Positions 1-14,300 of a stretch of DNA of 64,000 bases are shown here, in pieces. A model generated the notes under the pieces. It did not search any database. It was not told where the DNA came from and was given only the letters and a program-made list of their open reading frames with translations. Source of the stretch: Hydrolagus colliei (taxonomy: Eukaryota); assembly GCA_035084275.1 (NCBI GenBank), contig CM068755.1, positions 11,408,001 through 11,472,000 of the forward strand, read 5' to 3'. Position numbers and translations under genes: made by a program. Position 1 is the stretch's first letter. The number at the start of each line of letters is the position of its first letter.

Positions 1-1192
1 TTAACAGGTTTCACTCCATCAAAACCAATCAGATTAATTAAGTCATAGTATCTTAAGAGTTCGTAGAGTCAGCCAACCTGCACCAATACACTCTGAAATT
101 AGGAAAACAGGGTGCAGGAAAATATTTATTTTAAATCATATAACTGTTACCCTTACACAATGAGGGAACAATGAGTTTTGTTAAACTTCTGAGTTTAACA
201 AAAAATCTAAAAGTAATCTCATTAAAAAAAATTGAACTCTGCACTAATATAAACTAGGATTCTCTTTTACAAACGTTCCTTGGGATGTCTTTTAATCGAC
301 TGATCTCTCACCATTACCTGACATATACTACCAAAGTGTAATGAATCCACTTGTCAGAATTCTCAATAGCATAACTAGTATAAAAGATGGATGCATTTTC
401 ACTTGAGCAGTACAATCTCAAATTAATGCAACTCTTGTTTGGTACAAACGGAACTGCCTTTTAAACATATTGTAATTATCAAGCACTCTTAACATTCATT
501 TAATAATATACTTTGAGGACTGTGGTAACATTTCTGTACCGCAAAACAATTTAAAGAATTTGAATATTTTATTTGTACCAGAACTACTGGCACTCATATT
601 CACCATCCACAAGAAGAAATAATTGTTCAAGTGGATATTTCTCATTGGAGCGTTGCTTCTGCCATCTGGGTGACCACAACAAATAAAATTGTTCTGAGGC
701 ACTTTGGGCTGATCAAAACATCCGGTATCTTTTTATCTCGCTGGGAGCTGAATTTTGAACCGTGGTTTTGCAGCAGAAAACAGCAGCATTTCCTGACAAC
801 ATCTGCAATTCCAAAAGTTTTCACTTTCCATAGATTCAAAGAGCCACTATAACCACAGCACAGCAAAACCAGATTGGTTTATGCAACAAACAGATTGCAA
901 ATCTAAACTAATATGTCTACAAAGGATCCTACAATTATTTTATGATCAAACATATTTTAATACCAGCTTTGCTTAATTCCTACAACTATATAAGTAGCAA
1001 AAGCATGCTGTTCTAAAGCAATGGAGCATGAAAAACAAGTGACTCATGCCAAACAAAACTATTTAAAATTCACCCATCCTACAAACTTAGAAGTTTCCAG
1101 CCATTCTTACTATTTACTGATTTTTACATGAGCATTTTGTAAATTAAATGTATAATGATGACCAGTGTTTGTCGTAACAAATCTAGCTTTAA

Positions 1193-1499
1193 CAACAATA
1201 ATAATCCTAATTTGATATAGCACTTTTCACATCTTCTAGCATCTCAAAGTGCTTCACATATACACTGTAAAGTGAACTGACTGTACTGTATATTTGTGGG
1301 CTAAATGCGGCAGCCAATTGCGCATAACTGTGTGCCACAAACAGTCTTGGATTGAAATGACCAATTTTTTGGGGGAGAGATTATTATTTGGCATGTGGAG
1401 TAAGGAAACTTGCCCAAGGTTTCGCCCTGACCTGCCTGGGTTCGAACACAGGTCTCACGCTTGTAAGGCGAGTGCTCTAATCACTGAGTTACAGTTCTC
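1193..1499 (-). mobile_element. tRNA-derived SINE (same family)
   Basis: Reverse-strand tRNA-like head at ~1430-1497, body and (TAT)n tail. Confidence 0.82.
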
Positions 1500-2185
1500 A
1501 AATAATAGAGGACAGTATTATTCATAAATTGTCAATTACCGCTTTGGTTCGCCAAAATAACAACACTGCAATTTGACCTATCAATTTGCTTAAAGAGAAT
1601 CAATTATTCATCGGTTGAACATAAAATGAAAATAGGTATTCGGTTGTTTTGGTAAGTTGCTCAATTAACACATTCTGTAGCACACTATAAAAAACATTCT
1701 CAGGAAATACAGTACTTTAAATCTTGCATGATTAGAATATAATCTAAAATACAGTATATACTGTACACTGTTGTACACAAGTAAATGGGCTCCAAGTTAT
1801 GAAAATTGGAATCCAGTGGTCACTCAGTAGAGTACAACTAGCCCCAAATAAATGATACATTAAAAAAGATCCACAAGGTGCAAGACAAATTAATGTGGGA
1901 ACCTAGAATTGCCACCTGAAGATATGACTGCTGTAAATTCCCCCCAACAAGTAATTAATGTGATGGGAAAATACAGTTGGGCATCATAACAGCAAAAATG
2001 ATTATGCAAACTTTTTCTAATTTCAAAAGATCCCAAACCAAATTTAATTTGGAAAAATAAACATGAAGTGTGAATCCATATTAATAGTTCCATAAACTTT
2101 TAAAAATAACAAAAAGATATTTAAGAGTAGATATTGAAGATATTTATTCTTTACAGGAACTGGCAGAACATGCATGAACACTTAC

Positions 2186-2308
2186 CTTGCTTGAGAGCTT
2201 GGGTTTGTACAGGCAGCGAATCAAACCTTTGGGCTCGAACACACATAAGCTTCTCAATTCGCTCAGCTGCAATATCCAAGGGACTAGGGAGTTTGTCACA
2301 CACCATTG
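2186..2308 (-). CDS. EFL1: EFL1 coding exon 10 ([16 protein letters not shown]...ALKQ)
   Basis: CAG acceptor preceded by TTCCTTGAC, GTAAGT donor. Confidence 0.95.
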
Positions 2309-5300
2309 CTGTAAGGGAGCGGTCAAGGAAACCAAAAATGTATGCAACTGCTGTTAGATTCATCTGTGTGAATTGATTGGCACCAGCTCAGACAGAGAAA
2401 TCTCAATTTGACTCTCTCATATTTTGATGAAACTATTGATGCAAACATTCAGGATAATCAGAAAAAATAAAGTGGAGTACCCATTATAACATAGGGCGCA
2501 TTCATCAGTCAACTTTCCTGCATTCACTCCATGTGCAGCTTGCACACAGATGCCAAACAAGTTTCACATTTGAATATGGCCGACTTACAGGTCACCATGT
2601 TGATGACTGTACATTTTGGATTTTTTTGTGTAAGTAAAAGTCAAGCTCCGTATCCTAATCGTTGTATAAGTTAACCCATTTTAAAACAAAGTCATTATAA
2701 ATGTCATTCAATGGATTTCCTGCAGTTCCATTTTATTCCCAATAGCACATTAGCAGTAGAAACAGAAGTATTTTATGTTATGTCTACACATACACATTAT
2801 GTTTCATGCCTATAAAGAGCGTTGTTTTTGTTTTAAACAGTATTAATTATTTGTTTGCCATGCCAGAAGTCATTCCAAAGTTTCATTGCATTCATTGGCC
2901 CTCTTAACAAGACTATAATTAGTCTTAAGCATAGCCTAACAACTGCACCATAGTCTTATGGGCTATTTACTGCTCTACAATAATACTACTGGTTTTAAAT
3001 TAAACAAAAGATAAAAGTGGAAAATAACTGATTGCTTGAGAAACAAAATGGACAGTATCAACTTTACATTTTTCAAATGATTCTTTCCTGAGGAAATTCC
3101 TTTCACTAATTTATACATCCTATGATTTTGAACAATTTCTCTCACCTCAAATAAGCAACTGTGTAGAACAAATACAATTTATATTTATATCAGCAAACAT
3201 TTCACATCTTAAAGTGCTCGATAATGCTGGCTGGGCGCCCAAGCTGAGATAGGAATAATACAATACACATTTACATTTATATAGTACATTTCATGTCTGG
3301 AGGACATTCCAAGGTGCTAATACGGTATTTTAAAAGTTTTGTTAGGATAGTTCCTTCTCATTAATCATCCCTGATGGTAAATTCTGGAGCTGCAGCCTGT
3401 AAAATTGTGCTGCAACTACAAAAAATTATTTTATATAATACTTCATAGCAGACTTTAGCAAAACAGGTAACTGTCTCAATTTTTCAAGAATCAAATAACA
3501 TGCTGGTGATACAGATTTTCCTATTTAAAAATCAGAGATGAAACAGTTTACACAACCAATACTGTTACGTTAGTTATAATGCAGAACTTTAACTCACTTT
3601 TTCTACTCCACAAATCAAAATGTTAAATAACGTTATATGAACTGCTAGTATACACTTACTGATGACAAATTCAATTGTATATCAGTAATATTAAATGAAC
3701 ATTCCCAAAAGTGAAGACAGTGTAAAGATTTAACCTGAAATAACAAATTGAGAGTTTATCTTGCGAGTTCGAAAATAAGATTGGCACAATCAATATAAAT
3801 CACATTACTGTTCAATTCCAAATGCCATCAGAAGGTCACACAATGGCATTAGACAGTTAAACATGGAACACTTCAACCTCATTCTTTATGCAGTGTATTG
3901 AATACAAAACAGAGCAAGAAATCTTGCTCACCCTTTAAACAGCAGCAATCCAGTCTTATTTCCAACAATGTGTTCACATAACCAGCAGTACTGTTCAATA
4001 CATTTAGAAATTTAAAAATTGTAATAAATACCAATAATTTAGTCAGTCACTTTGCTGGAGTCTGGATTAAATCCAGTTGGGTTCAATCAGCACTTTACCC
4101 TTTAGAGACTGATAAAATTTGGCATCATGTCTAAAATAATATCCCCCGGGGAAAATGGAGTTTTGAAAGGCTCCCTTAAGATTGAACTGGCTCCATGGAG
4201 ACATGCCCTGGAAAGGCTAAAGAAGTTTGCAGTAATTCAAGCCAGACTTCTTAAGGTGTAGATATACCTCAACCTTGAAGGTCAAAGTCCTTACAGGTAA
4301 TGCAATTCTAGAAGATTCATGTATTGTGTAGTCACTATATTTTTATCATAAAAAGCAAGAACAATTTGTAGTCACTATGTAGATTTTCTGATAGATTTTC
4401 CATTAGAAAACCTTCTAATGGCATTCTTCCCACTATCGCCACTAGCCATCATAATTACAATAATCAGTAATTTGGCCTACCATGCATTGTTTAAATTAAA
4501 GGATTAAAAAAAAACACACAATATTATAGGATACACAGCACAGCGTTGGAGACAGGTAGCCATTGACCACAAATAGCACTGAGATGTACTTTCGGATCAC
4601 TATGGTGTGAATCACGAGGCAGAACCGTTAGATCCAACGAGGTTACGATTTTAGTTATCTTCTCTTTGTCCCTAGAAACAAGGACAAAAAATTGCTGAGA
4701 ACACCTGCATTAATTTCTTGAATAATTAGAATATTTCTGTCAGGTTCAAACAACTGCATCAACACACTTCACGAAGGCCATTTTACAAATCTCAACACTA
4801 ACAGGGGAGTTTGGAAGGAGATTATAGATTTCTTGATTGACTGGAAGAAATATAGGATTTGGCAAATGGGTAGAAAGTTTCCCCTGTGACATTCAACTTT
4901 CTCACCTCAACTTTTGAGGTAGTCTTTTGTTTCCTGTCCACCTCCCTAATTACCTATGGTGATCAGGATATTATGTTATGAAAACATGACAAGCATGGAC
5001 CTCATCATTCATGGTGTAATGTAATGAAGCCTCTATACATTGCTTTAACATCATGCTGCAAGGGAATTCCAATTATAAAACTGGCCATTAGTACACCAAC
5101 TAGATGTTACTGGAATGCAACGTTTATTTGGTCAACAAGTATAATGTTTCATTCAACAGTTAACATTGCACTGGAACTGTTCAATCCACCTCTAAAACTT
5201 GGTGAATGATAGTAGCAGTTGCAGTAGTATATATAAACAGCAAATACAGTACTTATAGCTGAAGCTGAGAAATTGAATAAAAAGAAAGACATCAAACAAT

Positions 5301-8300
5301 TAAGAATCCTTTGTGCGGAAACTTTCATGGTATAAAACGCAGTAGCTGCAATTGTAAAGGCAAGTTTATAACAAATAAGGTTTTGTTCAACCACTAAAGA
5401 ATTTAAACGGTGATTGGTCTTTATTATATAGTTCTTACTGGAGCAGAAAACTTACCTTTATGGGTATGAGTCACAGCAATTTCTGCCTCTACTTAACCAT
5501 TAATCTGAATGACTATAACACTATTACAAAGTGGTTTTATTTTTAGCAACAGTGCAGAACGCATACATGGTGGTAGAACAAAGTCAGATTACATAATCAT
5601 CTTTACTCTTCTGTAAATGTTATATAAAAATAAAATCAAGAAAAACACAAATTTTTCAGCAGTATTATCAGGTTTATGCATTTTTACAAATTTTTATATT
5701 CTTTATACCTAAATCCATTATAAAGAATTGCTATGAGTGTTTCTCTATTCTACAAAATGATTATTTCGATGATTATTTCTTCCTCCAAAATCAATTCACA
5801 TTTACACATATCGACCAAAATGCACAATTTCATGATTCTGCAATTCAATTTTGGTTATTATGTAGAAATGGTATGCAATAATATATTCAAATTGTGCTAA
5901 ATCAGCTTTAAGTTATTGCTGTGAAAACCGAAAACTGAATTGTTAAGTTTCACCTCCGCTTGCATGATAAAGACTCTTGTGAAATATACATTTTAGCATA
6001 ACAAAATATTTCTTACCTTCTGATAAGTACAGCCTCATAAAGACTCCAAATGTTTTCTAGCACAAATTGTACAAAGAGAGGTTTTTTTCCTTTGGCCTGG
6101 GATTGGGATGGATGGAGAGATGGTGGGGGGGTGCATAGGAAAGAATCTCAAATCAATCAATGGAATAAAAAGAAAACAAGATACTCTAAAGTTGCTTAGC
6201 TATTACAAAATACAATGTTAGATCTTGGCAGATTGCAGCAGCTCTTATACTATATATCACTGCAATTGAATCATTATTCTATACATTGGGAGAAGCACGA
6301 TAGATTACCTATTAAAATTTTGCATTAACTATGCCTTATTACAAACCAGTCGGATGTTTAATAAGAAAATGGAAAGTTAGTGTTAGCATTTTATTATTCT
6401 GTACAAACCATAGAAATATGTATTATAGATTTTATAACAAAAACAAATGTGGAAATAAGGAATTTAAATTCAATATTATAAATGATTTCACCCAAATTAC
6501 TAGTGTTAATTATACTTTCCTTTTTAGATGGATTGTTGCCAGATAAACATACCTGTGCTCCTTTCATTATCCTTTTTGCCTTTGAATTCAGATAATAATC
6601 ACCCCAGAGAGTCTTCAATAAAACTTTGGCATTGATACCAATTTTCTGGCTGTACATATGGGCAAACTGTTCAATTCTGCAAAAAAAAGTAGTATCTTAT
6701 CTGATGCATATCCATTGATGTCCCCACTAATGCAACACCAATAGGAACAGGATAGAGTTATCGATACTGTATTAACATTGGGTTATAGGAATGTAAAATG
6801 GCATTAAGGCTGTTGGGCAAACACTACAAATATCAACCTTATCATACACTCCTATAATAAATTTAGATCTGATAGAGAAACCCGAGAAATAAAAATAGTG
6901 AACCATGTAATAATGATCATCAATGATGAAAGATAAGCTTGAAGTTGTTTTATACCATATCTCAAATCAGTAATCAGGTCATAGTGGCAAGGACAAATTA
7001 AAAAAGTCAAACCACTATATTCAATTAAACCAACAATTGCTCACAAAACAAGGAAACCAATCATGAGCATTTTCCAATATTCAAAATATTAATCCTGGAA
7101 TAATTTAGCTATAATAAACCTCTCAGTATCAATAGAGGTACTCCCTCCTCATCGGCCTTCCAAGCTCTTCCCTTACAAGCTGCAGATCATCATCCCAAAT
7201 TCTGCAGCTCCTGTTCTCTCCCGCACTAGGTTCCACAACCCCATCACTCCCACCCTCGCCCAGCTCCATTGGCTCCTCTTCTATGCTTTCTGCCACCCTC
7301 CCACCTCTCTCCCTCCCCTCCACCCTACCCTGCCCCTCCCCCATGCTCGGGTCCTAACCTCTGACTGTTCAGCGCCTCTTGACATCCCCCGACGTGAAAG
7401 GAGCTCTATAAATGCAATTTTATTATTGTTGTTGTTGTTAACAACTCAACAAGAATTACATTTAAAACTAGGAGGTATGGTTTCTATATTGGTACCAAGT
7501 CACTTTTTATGTGACATAGGTTTAAAGTTGCAGAAGGTAATTTCAGCACAGATAGCAGGTAACTTTGTTTTAAACCCAGAAGGCAACTAATGACTGGAAC
7601 AGTTTCCCAAGAAGTGTGATTGAAGCCAGGACACTGGACTCATTTAGAAAATAGCTTGATTCTGTAACAAGATGGTGGGTATTTGGGAAGGATGAGATGA
7701 AATGCCCTGAAGTGCCCTTATCCAAGCCAATCTTGTAATATTCTGTATATTAAAAATAACATTTTATTTGATATCCATCATCTTAGACATTCTCTCTTTA
7801 CCACCGCATGTAGCAAACCCGTAACCACAAGTACCTCACCCTTTTACTCAACACTTTTACAATCTCAATATGCTCTCCAGATACATTTGGAAGGAAAACA
7901 ATTGACTTGCACTTCTTCCTCAGTGCCTCCGGATCAATTTGCACTGCTCTTTAAACTGCAATGGACATATTCTGAACATTTCACAAAGCTTTACTGAAAT
8001 TCTAACTTTAATTTGAAAATATGGCTTCAGAGTGCAGCTAGAGTGCCCACTTCATTAAAATCCCAGCGGAAAGATTGGGGGGAAAAACACACACACAAAA
8101 TGCTAGTTTGTCCTATCTTCTTGAATAAGATTAAAAACTGCTTTACCTGTTTTTTACATAATAAAAACCCTCACATTTTTAACTAAATCTTACTTTCTAA
8201 GACAAGAAAGGTATAATAAATGAAAAAGAAAACCTAATGATGCGGGTGAGAGTAAACACCTGTTCTAACAATCACATCTCTCAACAAAGCACAGACTTTG

Positions 8301-11300
8301 TGTATATTGTATTTTCCTGAACTCCTCCGATAGCTCAGTTGACAAAACCACCTCTTGCAAGGCTGACATATGCAGACTGAGAAAGTTGATGCCTGGTAGT
8401 AATTTCAGTCAGGGTAGCCATAATGGTGCTGCAATGTGCCTTAATGCCACTGAACCACGAAGATGAAAACATAAAAACAGCTAGGATTTCAGTACCCAAT
8501 AATTTCACCCACAAACTACAGTCAATCCACTTTACAATATATTCTGTGAAGCACTTTGAGATGTCTGAACAACATGATAATGACTACACTATATCAAATG
8601 TACATATTATTATTATATATTATTTCTTTATGTATTTCCCATGGCCACTACGGCACTGCAGTGATCTCAATCACATTTTTTCCCAGTAACTCCTACTGAA
8701 GAGTTGTACATGGGTTGATAAATTTGGGTTGATAAATTTGGGTTCAGCTGTAGAATACCTCTGCCACAAAAGATGAATAGTCTACCAACTCTACCTTGTA
8801 TATGTACACATTAAGAATAACTATAAGATACTGAACAAAATGACAACGAATAGCAACCAAATTACATTCATAGAATGCATGTCACATCAGCAGGACATCC
8901 CAAGGTGCTGAACAATCAGGGGTTGGGGCAGGGTTGAGGGGAGGCAGAGAGGTGGGAGAGCAGCTGAAGGCACGGTCAAGAAGGAGGGTCTTGAAGGAGG
9001 CAAGGGAGGAAGTGAGGTGGAGGTATTGTGGAGGCAGAGAAGCTGAAAGCCCAGCCATTTGCAGATCCATACCCCAAGCATCTGTCAGTGACTTCAGGGG
9101 GGGAAGGTAGAAGAAAACATGACTTTACTTTGTTGATAATACTTCTCAGTTTTCAATTTCAGTCATGATCTACTCTGCTTAGTCACACACCAGTAACAAA
9201 GACCATTAGCTACATGGTGCAACAGCATTAGATTAAGATTCAATAATAAGCACTAACAGGATTACTGGGAAGTGCCATATGCTTCATGAGGGTACTGAAA
9301 TAAAACATTTGCGATAAAACGAGAAAAACGACAGCTGCTGCACAGCTGAGTAAGACTTTAAGCTTTACTTTGTGAATCCCATTTACTGGTAGTAAACTAT
9401 CTTTATTATAAATTTAAAAGTCAATGGGAATTGCTCCCAAACTAATATGAATACATCAATGACATTCTATCCAAAGCAGATTGCCAAACGTATTCAGGAG
9501 GTACAAGCCATCAAAGTTAAATGATGAATGTTTTTTTTAAAAAGTATTTAAATGCTATGAATAGGAATCAATACACATTTTTAAATACAGTAATAATTTG
9601 GAAATTTAAACTTCAATTCTATAATGCATCAAAGTTAATGAATGATCGGGCAGCAATATTTTGCATGCAAATTAAGCCAGGAGTAAATTGGTGTCCATCT
9701 TAGGTTTCTGACAAAGCCACTCACCAAGTTTCAACTAATATCTGGTGTGTATATTTGGCAGTTTCCAATCCTACAATTCTCTCTCTGTTTTCCTGCTACA
9801 ATGATCATTTATGACCTTGTGCAGCTCTCCCCTATCCCACTAACAAGTTCCATCTATGCAAACAGCACACTTAATTTTTTTTAGGATTCAGTTACCCAGA
9901 TTCAGATTAAAATATAGCAGCAACAATGGTTGTCTGAAAAGTCAGTTTAAGTACAAGTACTAGTCAGGGCAATAAATAATGTTCCTAGATCTTGCCTAAA
10001 TAAATAATTGTTTAAAGAAGTAGACCGAATGCCAGAGTACAAAGCACAATAGATGCCTGGAAAGGTACAACATTTAGAATCAAAGAAACAAACTAATCAC
10101 AGCTGTCTGGCTTTATGACACTACTTTCCAAAAATACTTAACCCATGGACTCCTGCTCCACCTTTAGGCTATCCATAGTATTTCACATTATTACCTTGTT
10201 TTCTCTGCAGGATTCTGAAACCCTGGGAGATGTATAATCACAAATCACTTTTTTGATCGCCAGGCAAAATTCAAGTCATCCCACATAAGGTTTGCGCCAG
10301 AATAATATGAATTTATTGACCACAAAGTAATTAAATATTTTAAATACTGAGTAGGTTAAAAAAAATTTGGTTGGGAGATGATACGGATGAGTGCCATTTC
10401 ATCAAGGCCCTGGCTGCATGGCTCAGCTGCAAGCTACATCGTGGCAAGCTGGAAGAGTGATGCTTTTCACTTAATCTGTACTGAAATGTTACAAAATTGT
10501 AAGGATATTATAAAGGAACAAAACGTTGCAGATAGAATACAGTAATAGGAAAATAAATGCATCTGCTTGAACTCTGTTCTATCTCACTTTCTTTTAGTTA
10601 GCCAGGTGTCTGACATGCACAGAAATCCATAATTGTGCTTCACGAGGTGCAGAACAGGTTCCAGGGACTTCTGGCGATCTTCCTGGTGGGAAATACAGCT
10701 CAGCATAAAATACAGCCCACCTTGCAATGCTCACATTTTGGACTTAGATCCCTTCCCATTGAGTAATGGGTCCATCAGTTGGAGGTACAGAATTTGAGCA
10801 GCAGCTGCTAACATCTCTGCAAACCAATCAAGATGGATTCTAAGCAACCGACATAATTTGTTCACAAATTCAGACACCAGGTGATGGCTTCCAGCAGCTG
10901 TGGCCCCCCAAATATAATAAAATTGGTCTTCAATCCATGACTGTGGGACACTGCTTTGCGCAACTGGCTGCCACATTTCTCCCACAAATATACAGTCAAA
11001 TTCACTTCAGAGTATATTCTGTGAAGCGCTTTGAGACGTCTAGAAGATGTGAAAAGCGCTATATCAAATGCAAGGATTATTATTATTAACTTTTAAAGAG
11101 TTTTCTGATTAGCTATCTGACAAGGTATCTGCCTTCAGTGTTGTGAGTATTCCATTTGGGACACTGACAATTTCATCTGACAAATATTTCAGCCATAAGG
11201 TGTGAAATGCTTTGAATACTTTATACGACTTCAAAATTATTCTCACATTGATAAAATTCTGAGTGATTTTGACAACCAGAATTTTCTGACAATGTTCTGG

Positions 11301-14300
11301 AATATAGTCAATTAGCTATTTCTGAAAGGAATTTAGTTTCCAACAAGAGAAAATTGTTTAAAAAGCTTAATCCATCTCTTCGGGATGACCTAATTTATTC
11401 ACTAAGACCTACATTGCAAAGTGGTTTTGTAAAATGATCAGCAACATTCTTCCCTTCTTTCCAATCAGTTCCTCCCACACATCCATGCTGTTATTCTCTG
11501 CTTGAAGGTTAGAACAAGGAGACCTCTAAGATGCTATTTCTTGGGACTTTGTTTCAAATTGAAAATTCCTTCTCAGCCATAGTAAGAGACACAGTGCAGG
11601 AAACCAAAAAGAATATGAGGGGAATAGTAAAAACAAAGTCAAGCAGTGAGTTGGTTACTCCACCTAGAGGTACATTTTTGCAAGAAAAGATCCAGGCTTC
11701 ATTTTTTTTCGATACAGTATAAATTATGTGGCTAACATCTGTGAAAGGTTCCAAGAGGAATTATCAGGATGCAATTCAAATGGAATACTCCTTGATTGGA
11801 TTCCATGTCTAGCATTGTAATTAGCAATATTCTCAGATTTCCAACTAATATACTGATTGAATTTGACAAGCATTTGTTGAAATAATTCCCTTTCTAGTCT
11901 CTTTACCTTGAAATCAAATAGATGTTGTGTATCTCTAGGAACTTCTCTATGCTAATCTTTTTGTAAGTCATACATCATTCTTGCTATTCCTGAAAAAAAA
12001 TTCTGCATTTTTCTTCAAAACATTAAAAAGACTATAACCCTTACTGAGGGTGAGGCATTTCTTTTGCAATTAAGATATCAACTTTCACTTTGAGTGTTGA
12101 TAATAGGTGAATTATTAGGATAATAATGAGAATTATTAGCACATGTCACGAAAGCCGTTAACATTTAATGGCAGGAATAATGTCATCCCCTAAAAAAACA
12201 TTTTACATGACTGGACAGATTAAACTTGAATAGTAAGTCAACAGGAGTCCTGTAGCTTAGTGGTTTGAGCACTCGCTTCGCAAACGAGAGGATGTGGGTT
12301 TGATTCCTGGAAAGGGCAGTAAGTTTCCTTATTCCACACGCCTCTGCTTACCTACCAGTAAGTAGGAAGCTGAATGTTAGTCAATTAGCAGATCGCGTTT
12401 GCAAGTGTAATAATCTCCTTAAAAAAAATTAATTCATGACTGTTTGTGGGATATTGCTATATACAATTGACTGCCGTGTTTCGCCAACAAGTTTCATCCA
12501 GTCAATTCACTTTAGAGTATATTCCATAACAGTTCAGCGCCTTGTGACATACTCCTGACATAAAAGGCGTTTTACAATGTAACTTTTTAAAATTGTATTT
12601 GTATATTCTATAAAGCACTTGGAGACATCTCAAAGACGTGATAGGCGCTGTATCAAATGCAAGGATTATAGGATATAATAATAATAATCCCTCCAAAAAA
12701 TATATAATGAATTGGTCATTTCAATCCACAACTGTCTGTGGGATACTGCTGTGCGCAACTAGCTGCCGCGTTTCGCCCATAAATATAAGTCAATTCACTT
12801 TACAGCATATTCTGTGAAGAACTTTGAGATGCCTAGAAGATGTGAGAAGCACTGTATCAAATGCAAGGATTATCATTACCATATGAAAATTTTTTAAAAA
12901 AGAAAACTATTGCTAAAAGATTTCTATACCTGAAACCCCATCCATCTATGGCACTAGCAAATACCACATTACCCTGGTCAGGGGAGAAATAAAGGTGTGA
13001 ATCATCGGTTTCTTCCAGGCCAGCACTCCAGTCATAAACCTGCTCACTGTTCATGGAGTTTGATTCAGACGGCAATTGGGCATCCTTTTCTGCTCTCTCT
13101 TCTAATACTTTTGATGTGAAAAGACTCCCAGTGACTGCATTTATCTTAAATATTCAAAAACACGGTCAATGTAAAATGAATCATTTGCTATTGGCTAGTG
13201 CAAACTTTAAAATAATTAGAACAATGTACGTATAACGACGACATTAAGAGGCTGTATGGCAATATTATTACAGATATTAACTATTATTCTTCGGCTTTAA
13301 ATACAAATGAAAAGTTGGAAGAAAAAAATGCTGTATTTAGGGAGAGTACAGATAGTACTTCAATATAAAATTACTGCCTGTTTAGCTAACTAAAATAAAC
13401 AGGCATCTCACATACTCAATGGAGATCAGCTATTTTGTTTATACAAGATACAGGCAACCACTGATACTATCTGGGAACACAGCTGCCTATTAATTAATAC
13501 ATACCAACTGAATCATAAAAAACAAGTTTTCAGCTTATTGGATTCTTTACCTGTTCCAAAATCTTCTGCAACTGAGTATAAGCTTCAGAAGGAGTCAACT
13601 TTAGCTCTGTTATTAATCTATCCATTTTGTTGATGACTAATACTGGATGTATGTTCTCCAACCAAGTCTGGCGTAAGACAGCCTGTGTCTGAAAGTTAAA
13701 CATCACAGTTCCATTGATTGGACTTCATTATTTAGCCATTGAAGTTTAGTATTGTGTTATTGTCTTTTTTCCCCAGCAGCTATAAGCAACGAACAGTGAA
13801 ATAACATTGTACAATTTCAACCTGCTTCCCAATTAGTGTCACTCCAGCACAAAACAGCAATCTAAGTCATGAATGCAAAAGGAGTGATAAATAAAACAAG
13901 TTACATTTTACACTATTAACGGATTGATAATATTTCACATAAAAAAAGCCTTTCACACAAAAATAATCTGAAATATAAGAATTGTTGCATTTGATATAGC
14001 ACATTATTACATTGTCGAGGCAGCTTAACTCTCTTCACAGGATTTTGTTTTAATTGTGAAGTTTAGTGTCGGTGTATTTGTCGGCAAATGCCCACATCAG
14101 GAAAACAATTTTAGTTGAATCTACTAGTAACATGATCACCCAACTTGCAGATAGTAATGTCCCACCAAAGAACTCAACAATGAAATCAATGGCCAATTTT
14201 ATTTGGAGGATTGTTGTTGAAATATAAAATGTTACCTCAAAATATAAGTGATTAATAATAAAATGGCAGCTAATCTGTACCAGGAACAAATTGATTATTT

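Noticed and set aside
496-866. Overlapping short ORFs as the next EFL1 exon
   Set aside because: None encodes the expected FVSKMF-like motif.
12243-12315. tRNA-Ala-like gene
   Set aside because: The cloverleaf is imperfect and runs into a SINE body and tail, with similar copies at ~1.45, 36.55 and 43.55 kb. It is a SINE head.
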